From Eledone cirrhosa (taxonomy: Eukaryota): a stretch of DNA of 35,790 nucleotides. Made by a program: the position numbers and the translations under genes. How positions within the stretch are numbered: the first letter of the stretch is position 1; the number at the start of each line of letters is the position of its first letter. Under the pieces are notes generated by a model. It saw nothing but the letters and a program-made list of their open reading frames with translations. It ran no database searches and was not told the origin of the DNA. Below are positions 12,829-24,900 of the stretch, piece by piece. The stretch is from positions 1 through 35,790 of the forward strand of contig CAXHJY010000444.1 of the NCBI GenBank assembly GCA_964016885.1. Direction: 5' to 3'.

Positions 12829-13072
12829 CTTTATATGTCTGAGACTTGGACACTGACCAAGAAACTCACTCAGATGGTGGATGGGTGCTACACGAGAATG
12901 CTGAGGATGGCTCTGAACATAAATCAGTATACACTGAGGATGAAAAACTCAGAGCTGTATGGGAGCCTCCCAAACGTCAGCTCAAAAGTGACACAGAGGA
13001 GACTGAGGTTAGCTGGACATGCTCACCGACATCCAGATTTGACATTGCCCCTCAGTGCACCTGTGGGAGCCC
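12829..13072 (+). pseudogene. Fragment of RTE/RTE-X non-LTR retrotransposon ORF (region C-terminal to the RT core)
   Basis: [31 protein letters not shown]...[32 protein letters not shown], then LWEP after a frameshift; matches the LYG.ETW / DG.YTRMLR / RRLR.AGH / LWEP signature. Confidence 0.9.
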
Positions 13073-13073
13073 C

Positions 13074-13130
<57 letters not shown>

Positions 13131-13136
<6 letters not shown>

Positions 13137-13660
13137 ATACATGTTGCCAATAAGAAACACATGCACCAGTTGCTTTCACTTCAATTTATTATAATAAATT
13201 TATAAATTTAGGAATTTATAAATTTCCGGTTGGTTGGTTGGTTCCACAACCAGATGGTTGTTTATATATTGTCAAAGTTCTTTCGTCACACATTCTGTGA
13301 CCTCTTCAGTGACTGGGGATTCTTTTCTTTGTTTTTGTGCCTCTCCTTTGTTCTATCCTACGCCATCTTGTTTCTGTGTATATATATATATATATATACT
13401 GGCAGATTCTACATAGGAACAGAGTGCCAAAACGTCTCTGTGCAGTCTCCACGAGAATATTTGTGTGAAGGGAATTCTTCTGAAAGCCCCCTGTGGTGAA
13501 TCTATAAATATGTAGCTGTGAGCCGCTGCACAGTAAATGGTAAACTAAAGAGATGAGACGAGGGGGTTTTATTGTCAATGTGTGGCTGTTGAGGAATTCA
13601 TTAACAGATCGGCAACTATGGGAAGAATCTGTGGCTTAACTAGTTGTGGTTAATGATTAG
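13131..13660 (-). mobile_element. Probable Penelope-like element terminal remnant inserted in (TA)n
   Basis: Contains a minimal hammerhead (13271-13313) and abuts a pure (TA)n run (13077-13131). Its end ATTGTTATAC-ATGTTGCCAATAAGAA recurs at 34728-34765. The right boundary is uncertain. Confidence 0.55.
13271..13313 (-). ncRNA. Minimal type-I hammerhead ribozyme
   Basis: Minus strand GTCA | CTGAAGA | G GTCACA GAATG TGTGAC | GAAA | GAAC | TT | TGAC: intact CUGANGA/GAAA/UH core, 4-bp stem I, 6-bp stem II, minimal stem III. Confidence 0.75.
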
Positions 13661-14302
13661 ACATATATACACTTTATATACATCAACACATATATATATA
13701 TATACACTTTATATACATATATACACTTTATATACATCAACATATACATATATACACTTTATATACAGCAACATATATATATATATACACTTTGTATACA
13801 TCAACATATATATATACATGAACACAGATATATATACACTTTATATACATAAACACATATATATACACACTTTATATACATAAACACATATATATACACT
13901 TTATATACATCAACATATATATATATATACACTTTATATACATATATACACTTTATATACATCAACATGTATATATACATGAACACATATATATACACTA
14001 TATACATAAACACACATATATACACTTTATATACATCAACATATATATACACTTTATATACATCAACATATATATATATATATATATATACATGAACACA
14101 CATATATACACTTTATATACATCAACAGATATATACATGAACACACATATATACACTTTATATACATCAACACTTATATATATATACACACACTTTATAT
14201 ACATCAACACACATATACATACACATACACACATATATATACACACACATATATATATACATACACATATATATACACATACACATATATATACACATAC
14301 AC

Positions 14303-14339
<37 letters not shown>

Positions 14340-14830
14340 TATAGAAACACATACACACATATATATATATATACATACACATATATATATATACACATTT
14401 ATATATATACACATATATATATAAACACATACACATATATAAATATACACATACACATATATATATATACACATACATATATATATACATGCACATATAT
14501 ATATATATATACATAAACATATATATATATACACATACACATATATATATATACACACATACACACATATAAACACATACACACATATATACACATATAT
14601 ATATATATATACACACACATACATATATATATATATAAGTTCATATGCATATATACGTACAAACATAAAAACATTCTTTTACAAACATACAAGCACACAA
14701 ACACATTTTTTACAAACATACGTACACACACACACACACATATATATAAGAGAGGGGAGGCACACATACACATACACACAAACATACATAAACACAACAA
14801 TACATACATACATACATACATACACACACA
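13661..14830. repeat. Compound microsatellite/minisatellite (ATATACACTTTATATACATCAAC unit to ~14210, then CA/TA)
   Basis: Direct reading. Confidence 0.9.
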
Positions 14831-14939
14831 TTTATATAATTTACCTTGTACTTACACTATATTTAATTCCATTATCCATATACGAGTATCAGTTAAATTG
14901 GCGCGTGTTGCCTGGTGTGTGTGTTGTATGGTGTACTCT

Positions 14940-15362
14940 GATGCATGTGTATGAACGTATGTATGTATATGTACGTACGTATGTATATACGTACGTACGT
15001 ACGAACGTATGTACATATGTACGTACATATGCATATATATATATGCATGCATGTACGTATGTACGTATATATGCATCCATGTATATATGTATGTATGCAT
15101 ATATATATGTACCTATGCATGCATGTATGTATGTATGTATGTATGCATGTATATATGTACGTATATATGCATGTATGTATGCATCCATGTATATATGTAT
15201 GTATGTATGCATATATGCATGTATGTATGCATTCATGTATATATGTACGTACATACATATATACGTATATATATACGTATATATATATATGTACGTATGT
15301 ATGTATATATATATATATGTACGTAAGTATGTATACATATATGTATGTATGTATGTACATAC

Positions 15363-15396
<34 letters not shown>

Positions 15397-15424
15397 ATGT
15401 GTGTGTGTGTGTGCGCGTGTGTGT
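14940..15424. repeat. (TATG)n/(TACG)/(TGCA) compound microsatellite ending in (TG)n
   Basis: Direct reading. Confidence 0.9.
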
Positions 15425-15734
15425 CGGCGGCAGTGGGTGTAGGTGGCGAGAGAAGGTGTTTCGTATGTATATATATCATGTAGTGAAGTTTAGAGAGCTT
15501 TGAAAGAATATCATTGTTCTAATGATTGCACTGTGAAAGGTCTCGTATTGTTCTAGTTTTAAAGTTGTTTGTATTCACACCAGGTCAAGTAGAGGTTAAA
15601 TCTTGCTGTGCATTACATGAACAATGAAGTACACACTGATAACCTTTATATATATATATATATATACACTGTCACGCCTACACATACATGAAACAGTTCT
15701 AGACCTGTAGAAGCTATTTCTATATTAAATATAT

Positions 15735-16576
<842 letters not shown>

Positions 16577-17195
16577 AAATAAAATAAATAAGTCAAATAT
16601 TTAAAATTGCTATAGCAGTAATAAACGAAGCCAAATTTTAAATATTTGACTTAATTATTTTATTTTACATTACTCCGGAGTAACCTAACCAACCTGCGCA
16701 CTTCATCGAGTGCTCCATCTGTATACTGAGGTGTCGGTAAACAACCAACATATACTCAATATATATATATATATGCATGTATATGTATGTATATATATGT
16801 GCGTGTGTGTGTGTACACCTATATATATTATATACACACCCATATGCCTACACATACACATATTTGCCTATACATTGAAACATACATGCACACATATATT
16901 ACATTTATTAAAAACGAATTTATAAACAGAACTAAACGGAACGAATCCTAAAACAGTTATATAAATAATTAACTTAAAATGGGCGAAAATATATCGAGGC
17001 TATCAACCTATCGATCTAACTTTTAACACCTGTACAGGTAATAAAGACCTTAATTAAGCTTCTCCCCACCAGTACCTGAATAACGCCCCCTCCCTCTCAT
17101 GACCACCTATACGGCTTCCGTCATGAAATGGTGAGGTTGTTACAACGCTAGATAAAATGTTTTGCTGTATATATATATATTGGCTCTCAGCTTTC

Positions 17196-17256
17196 TGGGT
17201 CCAAATCCCGATAAGGCCAGCGACGCCCTTTCATCCTTTCAAGGTACCAGTCCTGT
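17196..17256 (+). mobile_element. Old fragment of the same SINE family as 18782-18986
   Basis: GGGTCCAAATCCCG (B box) ... CCTTTCATCCTTTC ... GTACCAGT aligns with the 18860-18930 copy. Confidence 0.6.
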
Positions 17257-17316
17257 AGAAGGGTCCGTTCTCTCTATATATCTCTTTCACTTAAACACAT
17301 GCTCATTTTCTCACTA

Positions 17317-17528
17317 TTGAGTGCTTCGAATCTGTTATAAATAAATTTGTTGAATTAGCAACAAATTAAATATCTCTTTGCTTATAAATAGCTCCTTTAA
17401 TGTAGAGCACTAAACTACAACAGATTGCAAAGAATTGATATTATACTCCTTCTTACTGTTGAGTGCTTCGAATCTGTTATAAATAAATTTGTTGAATTAG
17501 CAACAAATTAAATATCTCTTTGCTTATA
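17317..17528. repeat. Identical 70-bp direct repeat (17317-17386 and 17459-17528)
   Basis: TTGAGTGCTTCGAATCTGTT...TCTCTTTGCTTATA twice, 142 bp apart; each copy has the hairpin AATTTGTTG-AATTAG-CAACAAATT. Confidence 0.93.
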
Positions 17529-17549
17529 TATATATATATGTACATATAT

Positions 17550-17625
17550 ATAGGAAAAAGTTCAGGACCCCGACGGCTGAGCTCCAGCCGGAGCTCAGCC
17601 ATCGGGGTCCTGACTCTTTTCCTAT
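17550..17625. repeat. GC-rich hairpin/palindrome
   Basis: TAGGAAAA..TCAGGACCCCGA-C-GGCTGAGCTCC [AGCC] GGAGCTCAGCC-A-TCGGGGTCCTGA..TTTTCCTA. Confidence 0.92.
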
Positions 17626-17721
17626 TACCCACTCTACTACCCTAAGTATTGAGTACTCTGGTGCGTTATGATCCACCTGGTATCTTTCCACACCTTTTTT
17701 GTTTATATATATATATAAACA

Positions 17722-17761
17722 AAGAGAAAATTCCGCGAATGCCGGCGGCTACACTGTGTAA

Positions 17762-17807
<46 letters not shown>

Positions 17808-17838
17808 TGTACCCCCGGCATTCGCGGAATTTTTTCTT
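17722..17838. repeat. Inverted repeat (~37-bp arms) around a (TA)n(CA)n spacer
   Basis: AAAATTCCGCGAATGCCGGCGGCTACACTGTGT vs ACACAGTGTACCCCCGGCATTCGCGGAATTTT. Confidence 0.9.
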
Positions 17839-18019
17839 AGAACCTAACTAATAATTGTCCGTGGAAAGCACCGCCTATTCGCGGAATCGTAAATATGTTC
17901 CGCGATTTTTTAATGTTTCATTTTTGTAGCAAGATATGAACATGTCACTATCCTAATCAATGTTAAGTAATCACAGAGTAAATGGCTGATTTCTGGTATT
18001 GAATAAAGAGAGTATTGGA

Positions 18020-18608
18020 TGACCTTGAGTAACTGGCAATAGTGTCTGACCTTCAGTATCACGTGATAGTGTCTGACCTACATCAAAATACAATGTCTGG
18101 CCTTTAGTATCACACTAATGTCTGACCGTCAGTACCTCACAGTAATGGCTGACCTTCAGTACCTCATTGTAGTGTCTGACCTTCAGTACCTCACTGTAAT
18201 GTCTGACCGTCAGTACCTCACAGTAATGGCTGACCTTCAGTACCTCACAGTAATGGCTGACCTTCAGTAGCTCACACTAATGTCTGACCTTCAGTAGCTC
18301 ACACTAATGTCTGACCTTCCGTACCTCACTGTAATATCTGGCCTTCGGTACCTCACTGTAGTGTCTGACCTTCAGTACCTCACTGTAATGTCTGGCCTTC
18401 AGAACCTCACTAATATCTGGCCTTCAGTACCTCACTGTAATATCTGGCCTTCAGTACCTCACTAATGTCTGGCCTTCAGTACCTCACTATAATGTCTGTC
18501 CTTACGTACCTCACTGTAGTGTCTGGCCTTCAGTACCTCACTGTAATGTCTGGCCTTCAGTACCTCACTGTAATGTCTGGCCTTCAGAACCTCACTGTAA
18601 TGTCTGAC
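18020..18608 (-). repeat. Inverted block (~22 units) of the 27-bp minisatellite
   Basis: TCTGGCCTTCAGTACCTCACTGTAATG is the reverse complement of the main-array unit; some 25-bp units; orientation flips at ~18607. Confidence 0.93.
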
Positions 18609-18640
18609 CAGACAATATATGGTGGTACTAAATGCCAGAC

Positions 18641-18755
18641 TGCCGAGATTAACTTTGCCTTTCATCCTTACGGGGTCGATAAAATAAAGTACCAGTAATG
18701 TACTGGGTAATTGCTGGCCTTGTGCCTAAAATAGAAACAATTATTGTAAGGCACT
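18641..18755 (+). mobile_element. 5'-truncated tRNA-derived SINE (Nin/Deu-type core)
   Basis: GCCGAG..ACTTTGCCTTTCATCCTTACGGGGTCGATAAAATAAAGTACCAGT...GGCCTTGTGCC; near-duplicate of 18873-18986. Confidence 0.85.
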
Positions 18756-18781
18756 TACAAAATGCCTTGTAATATTTAGTT

Positions 18782-18986
18782 AAGGGCAGGGGATTGGCAG
18801 TATCAGTAGAAGGTGAGACGCCTTGCTTTGCAGCATAGAGTTACGCCCCTTTATGGTGTGAGTTCAAATCCCGCCGAGGTTCACTTTGCCTTTCATCCTT
18901 ACGGGGTCGATAAAATGAAGTACCAGTAACGTACTGGGGTAATTGCTGGCCTTGTGCCAAAAGTAGAAACAATTATTGTAAGGCAC
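18782..18986 (+). mobile_element. Near full-length tRNA-derived SINE (Nin/Deu-type core, octopus-like family)
   Basis: A-box-like TGGCAGTATCAG, B box GAGTTCAAATCCC (18860), core GCCTTTCATCCTT.CGGGGTCGATAAA..AAGTACCAG, tail GGCCTTGTGCCAAAAGTAGAAAC. Confidence 0.88.
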
Positions 18987-18989
18987 CTA

Positions 18990-21900
18990 ATGATAGATAC
19001 TGTTGAGGAACTGAACATCAGAAACTATAGCAATGAATGCAAAACACTACATTTAAGTTCAGGAGGCTAGATATTACAGTGTAGTACTAAAGGTTGGACA
19101 TTACAGTGTGGTATTGAATGTCTCACACTACAGTGTCGTATTGAATGTCTCACACTGCAGTGTCGTATTGAATGTCATATTAAACTAAGGTATTCTGGGC
19201 CAGAAATTTAGAATGAGGTACTGAAGGCCAGACACTAGAATGTAGTATTGAAAGACCGATACTACAGTGAGGTAATGAAGGTGAGGTGTCATAGTGTGGT
19301 ATTGTTGGTCTGTTAATATAGTGAGGTAATGAAGACCAGATGTTAAAGTGAGGTACTGAAGGGCCTATACGACAGTGAGGTAATGAAGACCAGATGTTAA
19401 AGTGAGGTACTGAAGGGCCGATACGACAGTGAGGTAATGTAGACCAGATGTTAAAGTGAGGTACTGAAGGGCCTATACGACAGTGAGGTAATGTAGACCA
19501 GATGTTAAAGTGAGGTACTGAAGGGCCTATACGACAGTGAGGTAATGTAGACCAGATGTTAAAGTGAGGTACTGAAGGGCCGATACGACAGTGAGGTAAT
19601 GTAGACCAGATGTTAAAGTGAGGTACTGAAGGGCCGATACGACAGTGAGGTACTGCAGGCCAGATGTTAAAGTGAGGTACTGCAGACCGGATATTACAGT
19701 AGGTAATGCAGGCCAGATAATACAGTGAGGTACTGCAGGCCGGATATTACAGTGAGGTACTGAGGGTCACATGTACAAGTGCAGTACTAAAAACCAGACA
19801 CTACGGTGCCATACAGAAGGTCAGATTGTTACAGTGAGGTATTGAAAGCCAGAAAATATAGTGACGTACCAAGGGTGAGATGTTACAGTGAAGCACTGAA
19901 GGCCACACACAATAGTGAGGTATTGAGAGCTAGATACTATAGGGAAGTATGGAAGGCTTAAATTATAGTGAGGTACTGAAGGCCAGACACTACAGTGAGG
20001 TACACAAGGCAAGAGACTAGAGTGAGGTACACAAGACAAGAGACTAGAGTGAGGTACTCAAGACCAGGCACTATAGCGAGGTACTCAAGGCCAGACACTA
20101 CAGTGAGGTACTCAAATCCAGACGCTACAGTGAGGTACTCAAGGCCAGACATTATAGTGAGGTACTGAAAGTCAGACACTATAGTGAGGTACTGAAGGCC
20201 AGACACTACAGTGAGGTACTGAAGGCCAGACATTACAGTGAGGTACTCAAGGCCAGACACTATGGAGAGGAACTGAATTCAAGAGACTATAATGCGGTAC
20301 TCAAGGCCAGACACTGCAGTGAGGTACTCAAGGCTAGACACTACAGTGAGGTACTCAAGGAGGCTAGACACTGTAGTGAGGTACACAAGTCCAGACACTA
20401 TAGTGAGGTACTCAAGGCCAGACACTATAGTGAGGTACTCAAGGCTAGACACTGCAGTGAGGTACTCAAGGCCAGACACTATAGTGAGGTACTCAAGGCC
20501 AGACACTACAGTGAGGTACTCAAGACCAGACACTATAGTGAGGTACTCAAGGCCAGACACTACAGTGAGGTACTCAAGACCAGACACTATAATGAGGTAC
20601 TCAAGGCCAGACAGTATAGTGAGGTACTCAAGGCCAGACACTACAGTGAGGTACTCAAGACCAGACACTATAGTGAGGTACTCAAGGCCAGACACTACAG
20701 TGAGGTACTCAAGGCCAGACACTATAGTGAGGTACTCAAGACCAGACACTATAGTGAGGTACTGAAGGCCAGACACTACAGTGAGGTACTGAAGGCCAGA
20801 CATTACAGTGAGGTACTCAAGGCCAGACACTATGGAGAGGAACTGAATTCAAGAGACTATAATGCGGTACTCAAGGCCAGACACTGCAGTGAGGTACTCA
20901 AGGCTAGACACTACAGTGAGGTACTCAAGGAGGCTAGACACTGTAGTGAGGTACACAAGTCCAGACACTATAGTGAGGTACTCAAGGCCAGACACTATAG
21001 TGAGGTACTCAAGGCTAGACACTGCAGTGAGGTACTCAAGGCCAGACACTATAGTGAGGTACTCAAGGCCAGACACTACAGTGAGGTACTCAAGACCAGA
21101 CACTATAGTGAGGTACTCAAGGCCAGACACTACAGTGAGGTACTCAAGACCAGACACTATAATGAGGTACTCAAGGCCAGACAGTATAGTGAGGTACTCA
21201 AGGCCAGACACTACAGTGAGGTACTCAAGACCAGACACTATAGTGAGGTACTCAAGGCCAGACACTACAGTGAGGTACTCAAGGCCAGACACTATAGTGA
21301 GGTACTCAAGACCAGACACTATAATGAGGTACTCAAGGCCAGACACTATAGTGAGGTACTCAAGGCCAGACACTACAGTGAGGTACTCAAGGCCAGACAC
21401 TACAGTGAGGTACTCAAGGCCAGACACTATAGTGAGGTACTCAAGGCCAGACACTATAATGAGGTACTCAAGGCCAGACACTATAGTGAGGTACTCAAGG
21501 CCAGACACTATAGTGAGGTACTCAAGGCCAGACACTATAGTGAGGTACTCAAGGCCAGACACTATAGTGAGGTACTCAAGGCCAGACACTATAGTGAGGT
21601 ACTCAAGGCCAGACACTATAGTGAGGTACTCAAGGCCAGACACTATAGTGAGGTACTCAAGGCCAGACACTATAGTGAGGTACTCAAGGCCAGACACTAT
21701 AATTAGGTACTCAAGGCCAGACACTATAGTGAGGTTCTCAAGGCCAGACACTATAGTGAGGTACTCAAGGCCAGACACTATAGTGAGGTACTCAAGGCCA
21801 GACACTATAATTAGGTACTCAAGGCCAGACACTATAGTGAGGTTCTCAAGGCCAGACACTATAGTGAGGTACTCAAGGCCAGACACTATAGTGAGGTACT

Positions 21901-24900
21901 CAAGGCCAGACACTATAGTGAGGTACTCAAGGCCAGACACTATAGTGAGGTTCTCAAGGCCAGACACTATAGTGAGGTACTCAAGGCCAGACACTATAGT
22001 GAGGTTCTCAAGGCCAGACACTATAGTGAGGTACTCAAGGCCAGACACTATAGTGAGGTACTCAAGGCCAGACACTATAGTGAGGTACTCAAGGCCAGAC
22101 ACTATAGTGAGGTACTCAAGGCCAGTCACTATAGTGAGGTACTCAAGGCCAGACACTATAGTGAGGTTCTCAAGGCCAGACACTATAGTGAGGTTCTCAA
22201 GGCCAGACACTATAGTGAGGTACTCAAGGCCAGACACTATAGTGAGGTTCTCAAGGCCAGACACTATAGTGAGGTACTCAAGGCCAGACACTATAGTGAG
22301 GTACTCAAGGCCAGACACTATAGTGAGGTACTCAAGGCCAGACACTATAGTGAGGTACTCAAGGCCAGACACTATAGTGAGGTACTCAAGGCCAGATACT
22401 ATAGTGAGGTACTCAAGGCCAGACACTATAGTGAGGTACTCAAGGCCAGGCACTATAGTGAGTTACTCAAGGCCAGACACTATAATGAGGTACTGAAGGC
22501 CAGACACTATAGTGAGGTACTCAAGGCCAGATACTATAGTGAGGTACTCAAGGCCAGATACTATAGTGAGGTACTCAAGGCCAGACACTATAGTGAGGTA
22601 CTCAAGGCCAGGCACTATAGTGAGGTAGTCAAGGCCAGACACTATAGTGAGGTACTCAAGGCCAGACACTATAGTGAGGTACTCAAGGCCAGACACTATA
22701 GTGAGGTACTCACAGCCAGACATTATAATGAGGTATTCAAGGCCAGACACTATAGTGAGGTACTCAAGGCCAGACACTACAGTGAGGTACTCAAGGCCAG
22801 ACATTACAGTGAGGTACTCAAGGCCAGACACTATAGTGAGGTACTCAAGGCCAGACACTATAGTGAGGTACTCAAGGCCAGACACTACAGTGAGGTACTC
22901 AAGGCCAGACACTATAATGAGGTACTCAAGGCCAGACACTATAGTGAGGTACTCAAGGCCAGACACTATAGTGAGGTACTCAAGGCCAGACACTATAATG
23001 AGGTACTCAAGGCCAGACACTATAGTGAGGTACTCAAGGCCAGACACTATAGTGAGGTACTCAAGGCCAGACACTATAGTGAGGTACTCACAGCCAGACA
23101 TTATAATGAGGTATTCAAGGCCAGACACTATAGTGAGGTACTCAAGGCCAGACACTACAGTGAGGTACTCAAGGCCAGACATTACAGTGAGGTACTCAAG
23201 GCCAGACACTATAGTGAGGTACTCAAGGCCAGACACTATAGTGAGGTACTCAAGGCCAGACACTACAGTGAGGTACTCAAGGCCAGACACTATAATGAGG
23301 TACTCAAGGCCAGACACTATAGTGAGGTACTCAAGGCCAGACACTATAGTGAGGTACTCAAGGCCAGACACTATAATGAGGTACTCAAGGCCAGACACTA
23401 TAGTGAGGTACTCAAGGCCAGACACTATAGTGAGGTACTCAAGGCCAGACACTATAGTGAGGTACTGAAGGTCAGACTTTACAGTGAGGTACTCAAGGCC
23501 AGACACTACAGTGAGGTACTCAAGGCCAGACACTATAGTGAGGTACTCAAGGCCAGACACTATAGTGAGGTACTCAAGGCCAGGCACTATAGTGAGGTAC
23601 TCACAGCCAGGCACTATAGTGAGGTACTCACAGCCAGACATTATAATGAGGTACTCAAGGCCAGACACTATAGTGAGGTACTCAAGGCCAGGCACTATAG
23701 TGAGGTACTCACAGCCAGACATTATAATGAGGTATTCAAGGCCAGACACTACAGTGAGGTACTCACAGCCAGACATTATAATGAGGTACTCAAGGCCAGA
23801 CACTATAGTGAGGTACTCAAGGCCAGACACTATAGTGAGGTACTCACAGCCAGACACTATAGTGAGGTACTCAAGGCCAGACACTATAGTGAGGTACTCA
23901 AGGCCAGATACTATAGTGAGGTACTCAAGGCCTGACACTATAGTGAGGTATTCAAGGCCAGACACTATAGTGAGGTATTCAAGGCCAGACACTATAGTGA
24001 GGTACTCAAGGCCAGACACTATAGTGAGGTACTCAAGGCCAGACACTATAGTGAGGTACTCAAGGCGAGACACTATAGTGAGGTACACAAGGCCAGACAC
24101 TATAGTGAGGTACTCAAGGCCAGACACTATAGTGAGGTACTCACGGCCAGACACTATAGTGAGGTACTCAAGGCCAGACACTATAGTGAGGTACTCAAGG
24201 CCAGACACTATAGTGAGGTACTCAAGGCCAGACACTATAGTGAGGTACTCACGGCCAGACACTATAGTGAGGTACTCAAGGCCAGACACTATAGTGAGGT
24301 ACTCAAGGCCAGACACTACAGTGAGGTACTCAAGGCCAGACACTATAGTGAGGTACTCAAGGCCAGACACTATAGTGAGGTACTCAAGGCCAGACACTAT
24401 AGTGAGGTACTCAAGGCCAGACACTATAGTGAGGTACTCAAGGCCAGACACTATAGTGAGGTACTCAAGGCCAGACACTATAGTGAGGTACACAAGGCCA
24501 GACACTATAGTGAGGTACTCACGGCCAGACACTATAGTGAGGTACTCAAGGCCAGATACTATAGTGAGGTACTCAAGGCCAGATACTATAGTGAGGTACT
24601 CAAGGCCAGACACTATAGTGAGGTACACAAGGCCAGACACTATAGTGAGGTACTCAAGGCCAGACACTATAGTGAGGTACTCAAGGCCAGACACTATAGT
24701 GAGGTACTCAAGGCCAGACACTACAGTGAGGTACTCAAGGCCAGACACTATAGTGAGGTACACAAGGCCAGACACTATAGTGAGGTACTCAAGGCCAGAC
24801 ACTATAGTGAGGTACTCAAGGCCAGACACTATAGTGAGGTACTCAAGGCCAGACACTATAATGAGGTACTCAAGGCCAGACACTATAATGAGGTACTCAA

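Noticed and set aside
11986-13072. Single 5'-inverted (twin-primed) RTE insertion made of the minus and plus fragments
   Set aside because: The minus element has its own 3' end, and ~230 bp of microsatellite separates the two; independent insertions are simpler.
16694-16725. Possible 32-nt minus-strand exon (YTDGALDEVR) with CAG/GTTGGT boundaries, near the palindrome TTACTCCGGAGTAA
   Set aside because: Poor acceptor and too short to recognise; cannot be supported without RNA data.
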